Below, one piece after another: positions 30,618-45,316 of a stretch of DNA of 64,000 nt (positions are counted from its first letter, which is position 1; the number at the start of each line of letters is the position of its first letter). Under the pieces are notes generated by a model that saw nothing but the letters and a program-made list of their open reading frames with translations, was not told where the DNA came from and ran no database searches. Where the stretch lies: NCBI RefSeq assembly GCF_009914755.1, contig NC_060945.1; one strand, 5' to 3'. This DNA is from the human T2T-CHM13v2.0 reference genome, Homo sapiens. The translations under genes and the position numbers were made by a program.

Positions 30618-33609
30618 GTACATGAACAAACATTTCCTTTAGTCAAAAATTTGCATTCCCTTTCCTCCTTCAAGAAAATTCTACTTCACCCCAATTCCAT
30701 CCTAATCCTGCTTAAAAGTCTTACTTCTCTGTTTTATCTACAATAAAAATACACATCAAAAAATTGTAGTTTTTATTTCCTGTAACCATTAAGCTCTAAG
30801 TGTTAAGTTTTCATATTATGAATTGATTCAGTTACAATTACCAATAGTACAGAATGGATCAAAATATAAATGTTTTAAATTTTAATAAAAGTATTATGTA
30901 TAACTTGAAATCCATTGGAAATCCATCTTTTAAAAAGATGAATGGGCCTTTTTATCCTTTCTATAGATGAATATTACTTATGGCTAGAATAAGACAAGGT
31001 TAACATCAATTCTATTTCTACTTTCCATTTTTTATAGATGTTAACACTGAGAAACCTTGTCCATATACCTAAGTACAGGGAAATAAAGGAGTTTTATTAT
31101 AGCAATGCTGCTCAATTCTTTAAACTGCTTCCAACATATTTGTCAAAAATCATGCCTTATCTATCATTAAAAAGTGTTTTTTAAAATCTTGTCTTTTGCT
31201 TTCTGACACCAATATTTCATGTTGCCCTGTCTGCCACCCTAGAGGCTGCTCCGTCTCAGACAGGCTCCATCCATAGCAAGATTATGGATGGGTGAGAAAA
31301 GTCAGTTGTGGGGCGGGGCAGGGTGGGGTGCGTGGCAGTGGGTGGGAGAAGAAAACAGGCTGATACCCCCACCACTGACATCTGCTCGGGCGGATCAATC
31401 TCAGGCAGGAGTCCACGTGGAGGCTAAGGGTCTGAAAACTCCACCACTCCCCACTTATGTGCCCCAGAATGCGCGCCAGTTTAAAGGAATGGCTCTGAGG
31501 CAGGTTTGTAGACTCCTGGGTCTCCTACTCCGGTTAAACCTTGAAACAGAAGCTCTGTTCCTGGGGACCCCGAGAAAGGAGATGCAAGCAGGAAAGAAGC
31601 AAAGATGGAAAAAGATGAAAAATGTTAGAAAATGGCATAAAAACAAACAATAAAGTGTTTTTCAGAAAAACAGAGAAAAGCTCTATAAATTAGAACTCTG
31701 TGGCTTGCCCCACACAAAGCCATCAGATTAGGGAGCAGACCCTCTTCGGCTTTCTCCTCCCCAGCTCCTGCCTCTCCTAAACATACCCAGAGAACCTCTT
31801 CAGTCTTTGTACCGTTTTGTTATTGTTATTTTTAAGCAGAGGGTCATCATTTCAACCCTGGTTGTTCCAAACGAATAGTAAACTGTGATAGAAAATTCTG
31901 AACATTCCACCACCAGTGACCCTTACTATTCTGATATGGTCTAATAACTCAGAATTATTCCCTATCATACATACTTTATATAACATCAGCTACCACACAA
32001 GTTTTTAATACACAGTAAGCAGGTGGCCCCAGCAATTTCTCTTATATCTCACATCTGGTATTGTACTCCATATAAGGTGCTGAGTCCGATTTTTTAATAA
32101 AAACATGGCCTGAGCTTGTAAAAGTTCAAGTAAAATATGCCTTTAAAACTGCTGTATTTAATTTCCAGTCATGAAAGTCTAAAATTATTGTAAAATAATA
32201 CTCAACTTTTTTCACAGATCCATTCAATGAAGCTTAAAAGTACTTTCCTTTCAGAAAGGTAAAGAGCTTCATAACTAACAGTTTCTTGAATTCACATGTG
32301 CTGTCTTACTTTTGTGAGCGTGAATTGTATACATTTTATAACCTTTCAATCTGGACAAAATTAGTTTGGTTAGTAGCACAAAGTAATAATACATGTATGT
32401 TTCGGGGCAGAGGTGGGGGAAGGGAATGGTAAGGGGAAGGGCAGAAATGCTGAAAATTAAACCAATAACTTGAGACTTGGAGGAATTCATTATTTTTTCA
32501 AAAAGGAAATTGAAGACATAAACTGAAGATACACACTAGGTAGGAAACATCAACAAATGTGACATGATTATGAATATTATCTTATAATTGGGGAAATAGC
32601 CATTTTGACGGTCATTACACTTTATGTGAGGTTAGTGTACAATGTGGCGTAAAAGACTGGTGTAAAAATGAGATGGATTTCTGCAAGTTCAAACTTAAAA
32701 TCGTGCATCTGACTAGATATAAGCTGTTGCGAGTGCATTACATCTCCCACTCCAGTCTAGGAAAGGTGGAGTCCCTTTCATTTACACGACTATTTTCATG
32801 ACTGGGCAAATTCACAGAGGAAACACAGGGATCACATTCCTTCGATCATAAAGTCCTCAAAAGCAATCTTGCTCCATGTCAGCTGGTGCTAAATCAAAAG
32901 GTAACTTTCATTTCCTTTAAATAATTCAGTTTCATCTCTAACTATCATCTTCAACCACAGATTTTAAATTGATGCTAAATTGGGTAACTAAGTAGAAATA
33001 AATTAGTAGTAGATGATGCTGGCTATAAAACCAAGCCAAGAATTTGAGTAGTTTTTTTTTTTTTTTTAAAAGGTTCTGCTCTACTGAATCTATCCGATAA
33101 TATTTCTCCAAAGAACTTTTATGCTAGTGCTCATTTTTTCCCTTTTGGGGGATGATGGAAAGGGGGCAGTTACCCTCCCTTGTTATCACAAGTAAAATGC
33201 AAAAATCAGCCCACAGATGGTTGCAGAGAAAAAGGTCCTCTCAAACCCCAAAGGCCCAAGTGTAAACTGATATTAATAGATCTGCTCAGTTTGTAGGCAG
33301 TTTAACAATAGCTATCCAGACTAAAGACACATGCTTGATGACCCAGTTCCCATAAAAGAGAAACATCACACATGTACATATATCTGGGGGGCAGAGTTCC
33401 TCGATGGGCGTTGCAACATTGGTTCTCAGAGAAAAACAACAGAAATCAGCTAACTATCCATTAGGAAGGAAACAGCTAGCAGCTAAACAAAGCGTAGCAT
33501 GCTCTTATTGTGGTATAATGTACAGTAGTAAAAAGGAATGAGATAGATCAATTGGCTACAACATAGCTAAACCTCCAGAGTACATGGCTGAATTATAGAG
33601 TAACACAGC

Positions 33610-34053
33610 AGCAAACACAGATCAAAATCCAACCAAATCTACTTTCCCCTTCTTGGCAACAGAATTTTGGCTGCAAAGTGCATCTCCCTGACTCCCCTCC
33701 TTTCAGCTAGGCAGGCTAGGACCAGGTTCTTGCCAATGAAGCATACCACTCCAGCCTCACACGTTTAAGAGAAAATCTCTACCCCTCTATTTCCACTCCT
33801 TTGTCTTATCTGCTGTGTGGAAAAGCAATGACCAGATGACTGACCTAGAAAGTCACATGTTAAAGACGGCAGAGCCCCTGTCAGCCTGGGTCTCTGAATG
33901 ACTGCATGGAACACTGCAGCCCAATGACCTACATACACTACTTATTATGTTCTGTCACATGAGGGAGAACTACATGCCCTTCTTTTAAAGCCAAATTACT
34001 GTCAAGTCTCTTACTATAGCAACTTAATCTTTTATCCCAACATAGAAACATAC
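33610..34053 (+). mobile_element. Ancient ERVL-type LTR (LTR16/LTR33-like)
   Basis: aagacggcagagcc...cagcctgggtctctgaatgactgcatgga...ttttaaagcc...cttactatagcaactt. Confidence 0.55.
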
Positions 34054-34061
34054 AGTAAGAT

Positions 34062-34360
34062 GACCAGGTGCGGTGGCTCACGCCTGTAATCCCAATACTT
34101 TTGGAGGCCAAGGTGGGAGGATCTCTTACGGTTGGGAGGATCTCTTGAGGTCAGGAGTTCGAGATCAGCCTGGCCAACATGGTGAAACCCCATCTCTACT
34201 AAAAATACAAAAATTAGCCAGGTGTGGTGGCACACGCCTGTAATCCCAGCTACTTGGAGGCTGAGGCAGGAGAATCGTTTGAATGGGGAGGCAGAGGTTG
34301 TAATGAGCCAAGATCACACCACTGCATTCCAGCCTGGGCCACAGAGCAAGACCCCATCAC
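34062..34360 (+). mobile_element. AluS-like with internal tandem duplication
   Basis: tgggaggatctctt repeated at 34114 and 34133. TSD acagtaaga. Confidence 0.9.
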
Positions 34361-34513
34361 GAAAGAAAGGAAAAAAGGGAAGGGAAAAGGGAGGGGAAAA
34401 AGGAAGGGAAAAGGGAAGGGAAGGGAAAAAAGAGAGAGAAAGAGAAAGAGAAAGAAAGAAAGAAAGAGAGAAGGAAGGAAGGAAGGAAAGAAAGAAAGAA
34501 AGAAAAAGAAAAA
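34361..34513 (+). repeat. 153-nt pure purine tract (GGGAA/GAAA/GGAA microsatellite grown from the Alu tail)
   Basis: No pyrimidine occurs across the interval. Confidence 0.95.
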
Positions 34514-35281
34514 CAGTAAGACCCCTTCTATATTAACACCATATCAAAAAGACTTGAAAAAGCAGATCAATCTCCTGACAGTGATTATAGAGGTGGGAAT
34601 GAGAGAAAGGAAGGGCACAGGCAAAACAAGACAGATGGGATTAGGGAAAACTTTAGATTTCACTTTTAAATATATGAACAGAAAATATATCCATGTATTA
34701 CTCATACAATTGAAAGCTGATAATCTATAGAACGTAACAATTTTAATGACCAATTCTATTTTTTCCTCTAAGTTTTTCATTGAGGTGGCATTTGGATTCT
34801 AAGTGATTCCAGTCAATATATCTTTCCATAAAATATAAAGAAAATGATGACCAAAATAAAAATAGTCATAAAAAAAAAAGGCGTCATGAGAACATTGTCT
34901 GGCACTCACACTCTGGAAAGGGGAAAAAACAATTGGCTGGCACGACGACTTTGTCCCCACGGAGCGTTGTACCGTACAAGCATTCTTCCACCAGGCTACC
35001 ATGTGAGTGTGGGCAGTTGTCCCCATCTCAGGGTCTCCGGAACCTGGGAGAAGTCCATCCACCCTAGTCTGGGAGACAGCACAGGCTCCAGGAGACGAAG
35101 TGAAGGCTCTGTCCCCTGCCAGCCATCAGGTATAGTACAACCTCCCTCTCTCCAAGGGACAGTTTCTTCCAATGAAAAACTGAGGCACCGCACAGGTTGT
35201 GTCTGAGATACGACTCCTCGCATTCAAGTCTCAGCTGGAAGGCCCTAAGGAAACAACTGCAACTTTTTTTCAATGACCTGA

Positions 35282-35642
<361 letters not shown>

Positions 35643-37900
35643 CAAACGATGTTTAATTTTAGATGAGTTTCTTTCCCCATCTCAGCATCTACCAGAAAAG
35701 AGATTTTCATTTTCAAACCTCATTTCTTTCCTAAGGATTACCCATGCAAACTGCATTTCATACTTTCAAAATGCCCTTTGCTTATTAAAAAGCACTGTGA
35801 GAACACAGACATGCTTAAGAAATTTCATGATACACGGAGAACAAAAAAATTCTACTTTTGATCATTCTCATCTTTACCAGACTTGCTTAGTACAATTAAA
35901 TTATCCACCCTAAAATAAATTTTCTTCTAGATACCATATCCTTATTTTGTTAATCCTCCATCTTAAGTGTATTGATGTCCTTAATCTTGTGTTTATAACA
36001 TCTGGGTTAAAATCACAGACTCACAGAACAAATCCAACCCCCCTACTTAAAGAGAAAGAACAGAGGTCTTCCACCTAGAATCATTTTATGAACAATAGGG
36101 GAACTTTAACTTCTGGGAAAACCCTAGATTCCTGCTTTGGAATCCTTTAGGAGTGGGAACAGGAATATGAACAGGAGAAAACCACCTTTAAAATAAAACC
36201 CGTGAACCCTAGTTATAGCACCTTTGAATTGCAAAGAATCTGAGAAGTTGTTTGCCACGATTTTAAAATTAATTCCACACCAAAGCATGCATGTTTTTCA
36301 TTTAAGAGACTTCAGAAATTGACTCTGAAGGACTGTCAGCAGCGAAACCTGGTTGCTTTTGTGTCTCGCCCCAGTACTGCTATTAGGAGTGCAGCCTCTG
36401 GCCACCAGTGACCTGGACACACACCCAGCTACCCCTCTGAGAAGCTGCGTCTGGACCACTGCATCTCCCCGGGAACCTCATTGACACCACAGGCTTATTA
36501 CCATGAAGGGGTGGGGGGAGGAAGAAAAGAGAATACACCTAAGTTCTCCTTAGCAGGCCTGATACGGTCTTAACAGTCACTCTCATGATTATTAGCTATT
36601 AATTCCTTATTTTTCTTAGTTATTACTTGCATGATTTTCACTTATATGAGCATATTTCCCCCACCATTTCTTAAAGTATCTTCCCATATAATTATTAATT
36701 TTAAAACTAGGTTATCAATAAATAGACCTATATTTCTACCTATGTCATCCTCCAACGGTTATTGATAAATTTGCTACCTTTGCAGATATGAGGATTTTCA
36801 TCTCAGCTTTCCAGTGAGAAGTGATTGTTTCGGAATCATAGTTACAAGTTTCCCTTAAAGTAACTGGAAGTCTTAAAAGGGGGCTTCATGACAAAACATC
36901 ACATGAGGAAAAATATCTTAAGGACTAGTTAGCAGTGAGAATTTTCAATAAAATCATGAGCTAGAGATATCAAGGCTAAAATTCAAATACTAAGAGAAGA
37001 AAATGTTCCTAACTCCCACAGGTCTGGTCCAACTGTTTTAAAAGACCTGGGCAGAAGGGTTTGGAAAATGGCATCTAAGAAGGAGGAAAATTTAGCACCT
37101 ACACCCCAGCCCTGGCCCCCCACTCCACCTTCAACTGGAGCCTTAGAGAGGCTCTTTTGAGCAATTATAGAGTAAAATTACATCAGAATATACATTAATG
37201 AGAGTATTTTCAATAATGCAAACGCTGCTAATTATATCTTTTCTTTTTAACACGAGGTAGAACATTTTACAGCAACCCTGAGACCGGCCGTGTGCCCAGC
37301 AGGGAGCCTCGTATTCCGCACACACTTGGAAAGGCCATGACAGCAGGCTGCATGATATGAGGTGTGAGAAATGAAAACTTTATGTGCATACAAATTTAGA
37401 TTTTTAAAATATTTTCACTAGGGGCATAAATAAAGAGAAATTAGACCACTGGGATTTCAGAAAACGAGAATACAGACTGTGATTTTTGTTTTAAATTTTG
37501 GTACTTAGAGTACCCCAATACCTAAAGAAGTAAATAATTCAGCAAGTTACCAAAAGTAACACTTCACTTTTAACTTTATACTTTTTATATAATTTGAGCT
37601 ATTTTGTTCAAGGAAGGAGAGAAAATTGCACACATTTAAATAAAAGAAAGGAGACAAGGAAGGAAAACAAAGGGACACAGGCACCACCACAGACGGCCCT
37701 TTATCAGGCTACCATGACACATCCATGCAACAAGGGCTACCAAAAACGCTACGAAAATACAATTTCCATCAATTTACACTGATTTTTATTATACCATAGC
37801 ACTTGAAAAAACTGTCCACAGTTATTTGCCCCCATTATAAAAATATTGACACTTTACCACAAGGTTGGAATTTAGCATGAACATCCACATACCCACCACC

Positions 37901-38222
37901 TAGACAAGTCACATACTGGGAGTTAATATTCGCAAAACATATATCTGAAAAAGGACTGGTATCTGAGATATACAAAGAACTTCTACAACTCAATAATAAA
38001 ATGACAAGTACCCCAACTTCAAAATGGGCAAAAGATTTGAACAACATTTCACAAATTAAGAATGCCAGCAGTGTAATAGGTACAATAAGTATAATCATCC
38101 TCAACAATATCTGTTTTCAGGAAAATGCAGATTGAAAGCACAGTGAGATACAACTGCACACCCACCAGACCAGTTGAAAGTAAAAGACTGACCACACCAA
38201 ATATTGGTGAAGATGTAGAGGA
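37901..38222 (+). repeat. Inverted copy (~320 bp) of the L1M segment at 39174-39798 (that segment without its Alu)
   Basis: The reverse complement aligns at roughly 90% by eye. Flanked by the direct repeat accaccta (37895-37902, 38222-38229). Confidence 0.88.
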
Positions 38223-38351
38223 CCACCTACCATTAACATTTTCTTATACTTGCTTTAGTACATATCAACCTATGCATCCAGCCATTAATTCATCTTCTTG
38301 CTTTATGCCTTTCAATGTAAATTGCAGATATACCCTTTAATACTTCAGCTG

Positions 38352-38617
38352 GGCTGGGCGCGGTGGCTCACACCTGTAATCCTAGCACTTTGGGAGGCTG
38401 AGGCGGGCGGATCACAAGGTCAGGAGATAGAGACCATCCTGGCTAACATGGTGAAACCCCGTCTCTACTAAAAATACAAAAAAATTAGCCAGGCGTGGTG
38501 GCGGGCGCCTGTAGTCCCAGCTACTCGGGAGGCGGAGTTTGCAGTGAGCCGAGATCGCACCAGTGCACTCCAGCCTGGGTGACAGAGCGAGCCTCTGTCT
38601 CAAAAAAAAAAAAAAAA
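38352..38617 (+). mobile_element. AluY/Sc-like with a ~32-bp right-arm deletion
   Basis: ctactcgggaggcggagtttgcag junction. TSD a(t/a)acttcagctg. Confidence 0.9.
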
Positions 38618-39329
38618 CTTCAGCTGCATACCATTAACTAGAGTTCAATATTTTAGTTTTTATGTAAAATTGGCCTACCTTGATATGCTAAGATCTGCTG
38701 GGTTTTGACAAATGTGTACACCACCGCCAATCCCAGAAACAACCATTCTTCTAATTTTCTCCCACCATAGATTAGATGTGTCTGTTCTTCAATTTCATAA
38801 AATGGAATAGCACACTATGTACTTGTTCATGGGATGTTTCTTTCACTCTGCATAATGTTTTTGAGATTCGTGCAAGCTCATTCCTTTTTATTGCTAAGTA
38901 GTGTACCTTTGTATAAATATGCTACAGTTTATCCATTCATCTGTCAGTGGACATCTAGGTTGCTTCCAGGTTTTGGCAATTACAAATAAGCTTCTATGAA
39001 TACGACCTACAAGTCTGCATAGACATGTATTTTTGTTTATCTTGGGTAAATATCTAGGGATGGGGTTACAGGGTAGGCATATGTGTGCTTTTATTTAAAA
39101 ATTGCTCCACTATTTTTTTTCAAAATGGTCGTATCATTTTATATTCCCACCAACGATGTTCAGAAATTGCAGTTCCTCTACAACTTCACCAATATTTGGT
39201 GTGTCAGTCTTTTCATTTTCAGCTGATCTGGGGGATATGCAGTGGTATCTCACTGTGCTTTTAATCTGCATTTTCCTGAAAACAGATATTGTTAAGGATT
39301 ATTACACTTATTATACTGCTGGCATTCTT

Positions 39330-39626
<297 letters not shown>

Positions 39627-39835
39627 ATTGCTGGCATTCTTAATTTGTGAAGTGTTGTTCAAATCTTTTGCCCATTTTTAAATTGGAGTATTTGTCATTT
39701 TATTACTGAGTTGTAGAAGTTCTTTGTATATGTCAGATACGAGTCCTTTGTCAGACATATGTTTTGCAAATATTAACTCCCAGTGTGTGACTTATCTATT
39801 CATTTCCTCATCAGTACCTCTTGATGAGCAGAATT

Positions 39836-40111
39836 TTTCTTTTTAGAGACAGGGTGTCACTCTGTCATCCAGCCTGAAGTGCAGTGGTGCAATCATATCT
39901 CACTGCAGCCCTGACCTTTTAGGTTCAGGCCTCCTGGGCAACTGGGACCACAGGCATGTGCCACCACATCCAGCTAATTTTAAAAATATTTTGTAGAGAT
40001 GGAGTTTCACTATGTTGCCCAGGCTGGTCTCAAACTCCTAGGATCAAGCTATCCTCCTGCCTTGACCTCTCAAAATGCTGAGATTACAGGAATGAACCAC
40101 TGCACCTGGCT
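39836..40111 (-). mobile_element. AluJ-like
   Basis: Diverged J-type dimer. TSD agaattttt. Confidence 0.85.
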
Positions 40112-40422
40112 AGAATTTTTAAATGAAGTCTAACATCATTTTTCTTTTATAGTTATTGCTTTCTGTAATCAGTTTAAGAAATTTCTTCTTAGTCGCAAGT
40201 CATGAAGATATTGTTTTCCTTTAAAACTTTACGATTTTTCACTTCTGTATTAAGGTCTATGATTCATCTCAAATCAATTTTCCTGTATGAGGTGAAGTAC
40301 AGCACAAGATTCCCTTCTTTTCCTATATGGAGCACATATCTACTTACTGTATCACCACTTCTTGAAAACACATTTCTTTCCCCATCGGATTGCTTTAACA
40401 CCTGTCTCAAAAATCAAAGGCC

Positions 40423-40716
<294 letters not shown>

Positions 40717-40860
40717 TTAATGCCAGTACCATATAGCTTTGATTATTGTCATTTTATAGTAAGTCTTAAAGTTAAGTAGTATGACTTCTCCACCAACTTT
40801 GTTCTAAATTACTTTCTCCATTATAGAACTTTTGCATTTCTATGTACATGTTAGAATTAG

Positions 40861-42529
40861 TGAGGACGTGGTGGCCCATCTGGAGCAGCCACTGTGGGGA
40901 CACCAGCTGCAATGGGGGAGGTGTGGCCAGGGCTGCTGCACTCCATGGAGCTAACACAGGCCAGGAATGGGCGGGAGCCCTGCCCCCTACCAAGTCGGCT
41001 GGGCAGGAGCCCCATGCTCCCAGGTGCAGCTGCGGCCACCCAGCCACGGCTCTGGACCCAGGCATCCCTGCACTCTCGGGGGTCCAGGAAGCACCCCCGG
41101 TCCCTGCAGGCTTGGAAGTGCCTACTCGCACTCCCTGGCCTCTCCCCGCTCCCGGCACCCACTTCAGTGCAAAGTTGTAGCCAAGCGCGGGTGCTGTCAT
41201 GACCCAGCCAGGTGTGCACATATGCAGAGTAGCCAGCACTCCCCTCCCCGACTGGTGCTTCAGCCCCCTCTAGACTTTGGTCACCAATGAACGCAGGAGG
41301 GAGACCAGAGGACTAAGCGTGACTTTGTACAGGCCTGTGGGTGCCCCTCAGCATAGACAGCTGGGCACCACGGACAGCATGTTGATGGCAGCGGGAGGCA
41401 GACAGGCTCCTAAGCAGGAAGAAGCCAGTTCCTGGTGAAACCACACCTTCAAGCCTGAAGCCTGGGCTCCAGGCTGCCAGTTCCAGGTGAGGTCCACGGC
41501 CTGGAGTGAGAATTTCATTGACAACTGTTTGGCCATTCGGATGGTGCTTTTTCCAGGACCAGCCAGGGACACCCAAGGACCAGTCAGCACACACTTCCTC
41601 CATTGTGACAACATAAAAACCCCAGATTCAGCCACTCACACTCTCCTCTGGAAGACCCCGCTGAGAGCTGGACACATGTCGGGACAACCTGTCTGCAGAA
41701 AGGAGCTACCCACCATGGGTCTCCTCTTCGCTGAGAGCCAGACAGATGTTGGGATAACATGTCTGCGGAAAGGAGCTACACACTACAGGTCTCCTGTCCA
41801 CTAAGAGCTGGACACTCATCGGGACGATCTGCCTGCAGGAAGGAGCTACCCACTTCAAGTCTCCTGAGAGCTGTTCTGCCACTCAATGAAGCTTCTCTCT
41901 GCCTTGCTCGCCCTCCAATTGTCCACATACCTCCTTCTTCCTGGATGCAGGACAAGAACTTGGGACCTGCCCAATGGTGGAACTAAGAGAGCTGTAACAC
42001 AAACAGGGGCAACGTCCCCCTGCTCGCCATGTTGCAGGTGATGAGGAGAGAAGAGAGGCAGCTCTTCGGGGAGCCAGACCTAGGGGCTCCCCAAGCCAGG
42101 GCTGTGACACCCTCTTTGGGGCTCTGCAGTTCCTGGTGTCTCCAAGTTTCTGGATGCCACCACATTCCCCTTGTCTAGGTGCTGGTGCCTGCAGCAGAAG
42201 CCACTTGTGGTACATCTGATCTAGCCTCAGCCTTGCACGGAGGCAGCACCCGTGCCAGGGCATGGAGCTGCCTGCCCCACCGCAGCAGCCACTGTGCACT
42301 GGCCTGCCTGTGCACAGTGGCCAGACCCCAAGCTTGCTCGTTCACAACCCCTCGCCAGTGTGCGCCTGGCTCACCCGTGGCAGGCATGGGATCCAGGCTG
42401 AGAGTGCGAGCCAAGTGCAGCCTGCCAGGGCTGAATGAGCCCAGCAGGCCCGAACAAAACTCAGGCAAAGGTACCACCAGCCACAGAGGTTTCTGGCTGG
42501 AAAAGCAATACTCTAAGGATCCTGTGACA
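40861..42529 (+). mobile_element. MER52-family (ERV1) long solo LTR
   Basis: GC-rich 1.67 kb block with three internal tgYctgcRgaaaggagctac repeats, ending gaggtttctggctgg...aaggatcctgtgaCA as in the recalled MER52 3' end. Confidence 0.82.
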
Positions 42530-44689
42530 TTTTCGTATACATTTCCACAAAAATACCTGCCGTGATTTTGATTGAGCTTGTACCAAATTCGTGCATCAAC
42601 TTACAGCAAACTGGCATTTTACCAGTACTAACTCTTCCAAACCATGATCATGGTTTCTCTACGTAGGTCTTATGCAGTTTCAAAACAGTTCGTACTTTCC
42701 CTTGTGATTTCTTGCTTGACCAATGGACTATTTAGATGTGTGCTGTTTACTTTCTAAATACTTGTGGGTTTCCTAGATCCATTTTTGTTATTGATTTCTA
42801 ATTTAATTCCATGGTGGACAGGGAATATACTCTGTGATTTCAATCACTTTAGGCTTTTGGAGACTTGTTTTATGACCCAGCACATAGTCTACCTTGGTGA
42901 ACATACCAAGCACACTTGAAACAAGGTGAGTTTGGCAAGGTATAGTGTTCTGGAAGTATTAGGTATCAGGAAGGTGAAAGTGGTTGAGAGTGTTATCCAG
43001 ATTATCTATGTTTTTCATGATTTTTGGTTAGCTGTTCCATCATGGGCTAAGAGAGCATTGCTGAAATCTCCAACTATGACGGTGGACTTCTCTATTTCTT
43101 TTATTCTGTCCATTTTTGCATCATATACTTTAAAGCTCTGTTATTAGGTAAATACACATCCATGAGTTGTTATCTGTTCTCTATGAATTACCCCTATTGT
43201 CACTGTGAAATATCCCTCCCCATCTTTTGTACTTCTTTGTCTTAAAGTGAATTTTGTCTGCTACTTAAAAAGTCACTCCAACCTCCTTAGGCTGTTAATG
43301 TGGTATATAATTTCCTATCCTTTTACTTCTAACCTGTGTCTTTATAATTGAAGTGTGTCTTGAAGAGAACATATACTCAGGTCTTGCTTTTTAAAAAATC
43401 CATTCTAACATTTTCTGCCTTTTAATAACAGGGCTTAGTCTATTATCATTTAATGTAAATATTGATAAGGTTGAATTGAGTTAAACCATTTGGTTAATTT
43501 TTATTTTTTTCTCTCTTTTTTTTGTGTGTGTTTCTAGTCCTCTTTTCCTGACTTCTTTTAGATTTTTTTTTTAGAATGGCATTTTATCTATTGGCTTTTG
43601 AACTGTATCTTTTGCCTTATGTGTTTAGTGGTTATCCTAGGGATTACAATGTACATCCTTACCTTTTATATCAACTTAGCATTAATATTGTACCATGTCA
43701 GATCAAATGCAGAAATGTTACAATCTTATAGGTCCATTTACCACCCCTTTGTTGTTCCTTTTTGCTAGAGTTGTCATATGTATTCTACCAATGAATGTAA
43801 GACTATGTAAGATGATGCTACAATTTTGCTTTAGGTAGATATATGTGTGTTGGGGGAGTATTTTAAATTTACCCAGATATTTGTCCAGAGAGCATTCCTT
43901 CCTAAAGACTCAAGTTTCCCTCTAGTGTTTTTCCTTTCACCTTTTGAAACTTCCTTTGGCATTTCCTTCCAGCAGACCTGCACTATGACACATTATCTTA
44001 GTGTTCTTTTACCTGGACATGTATTTTGCCATCATTATTGAAACATTTTGTTGGATATGGAATTCTGGGTTGACAAGTTTATCTTCCTTGAGCCCTCTAA
44101 AAATATTGTTCCACTCTCTTCTGGCTTTAATAATTTCTGAGAAAAAGTCCACAGACATTCAAATCATTGTTCCTCACTGCATGAAATGCTGTTTTCCTCA
44201 GATTACTTTCAGTACTTGTTTTTTTTTTTAATCTTTGGTCTGCAGCAGTTGGACTATAATATGCCTAGATGTATTTTCATCATATTCATCTGGCTTGGAG
44301 TTTGCTGAACTTCTTGAGCCTGGAAATTTATGTCTTCTGCCAAACTGAGGGAACATCTGGCCATCATTTTTTCAAATTTTTTTTCCATCTCTCCTACACA
44401 TATATTAAACATTCTGATATTATCCATAGGTCCCTGAGGCTCTGTTTATTTTTTAAATCTTTTTCTCTCTTCTTCAGATTAGATAATTATTACTGTCTTA
44501 TTTTCAAGTTCATAGAACCTGAGAACATGAGGATGATAAAATTACATTCACTGTGGCTAATCATTGAAGGGTCATTGTGAACTAGACAGAAGCTAGAAGA
44601 AACATACAATTCTAATTTTAAAAGGAAATTGTACTAACCAGAGATATTCTATCCCAAGTGAAATTCAAGTAAATAAACGAAACTACTAC

Positions 44690-44880
44690 TACTGAGCACC
44701 TATTAAAGGTCAGAAATTGTACTGGCACTTTCATACTTACCATTGTATTTAATTTAGATCACAGCTCATTAATAAAGGTATTACTGCCCACAATATACAC
44801 ATAGTAGTACAGAGGAACAAAAAAGTAACTTGTCCCACTAATTAGCTCAAGAGCTGAGACTTTAACTTAGGACTCCCGTT
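44690..44880 (-). mobile_element. MIR
   Basis: tactgagcacctatta ... aagtaacttgtccca ... agagctgagactt. Confidence 0.6.
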
Positions 44881-45052
44881 ATAGCTTTACCACTCATCTC
44901 ATTGAAAAAATAAAAAATTAAGAGAATTGTCAAGAGTTAGACATATTAGCTAGCCTGATTTTCTTTTGTAATAAGATTAGTATACAAGTAGATATTGGAA
45001 GTATGGGGAACATAGTACATTACGATTTCAGCAAAGCATCTGTCAGAAGTAA

Positions 45053-45316
45053 TATAGTATTACAAACTAACAATTAGGGCTCTTAACACAGATAAAACTC
45101 TTAAATGCTGCTTCTATCACTTACTCTTTATGTCACTCTGTCCAAGCATTTAAACTCTCTAAGATATAGCTTCCCCCTTATCTCTTTAAAGGGGAACCAT
45201 GATGATAACTATCTCACCAGGTTTTAGTAAAGACCGAATGGTAAAAATCTACAGAATGCATTTAGCATAGTACCTGTCACATAGTAAATGGTAAATTAGT
45301 GTTAACTATTATTATT
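45053..45316 (+). mobile_element. MIR (MIRb-like)
   Basis: gcatttagcatagtacctgtcacatagtaaat...ttaactattattatt tail. Confidence 0.65.

Noticed and set aside
34222-34730. Lys/Arg/Glu-rich 104 and 168 aa ORFs
   Set aside because: They are translations of an Alu plus the purine microsatellite.
40772-42565. Cluster of overlapping 95-155 aa ORFs on both strands
   Set aside because: They result from the stop-poor GC-rich MER52 LTR and have no recognisable domain.
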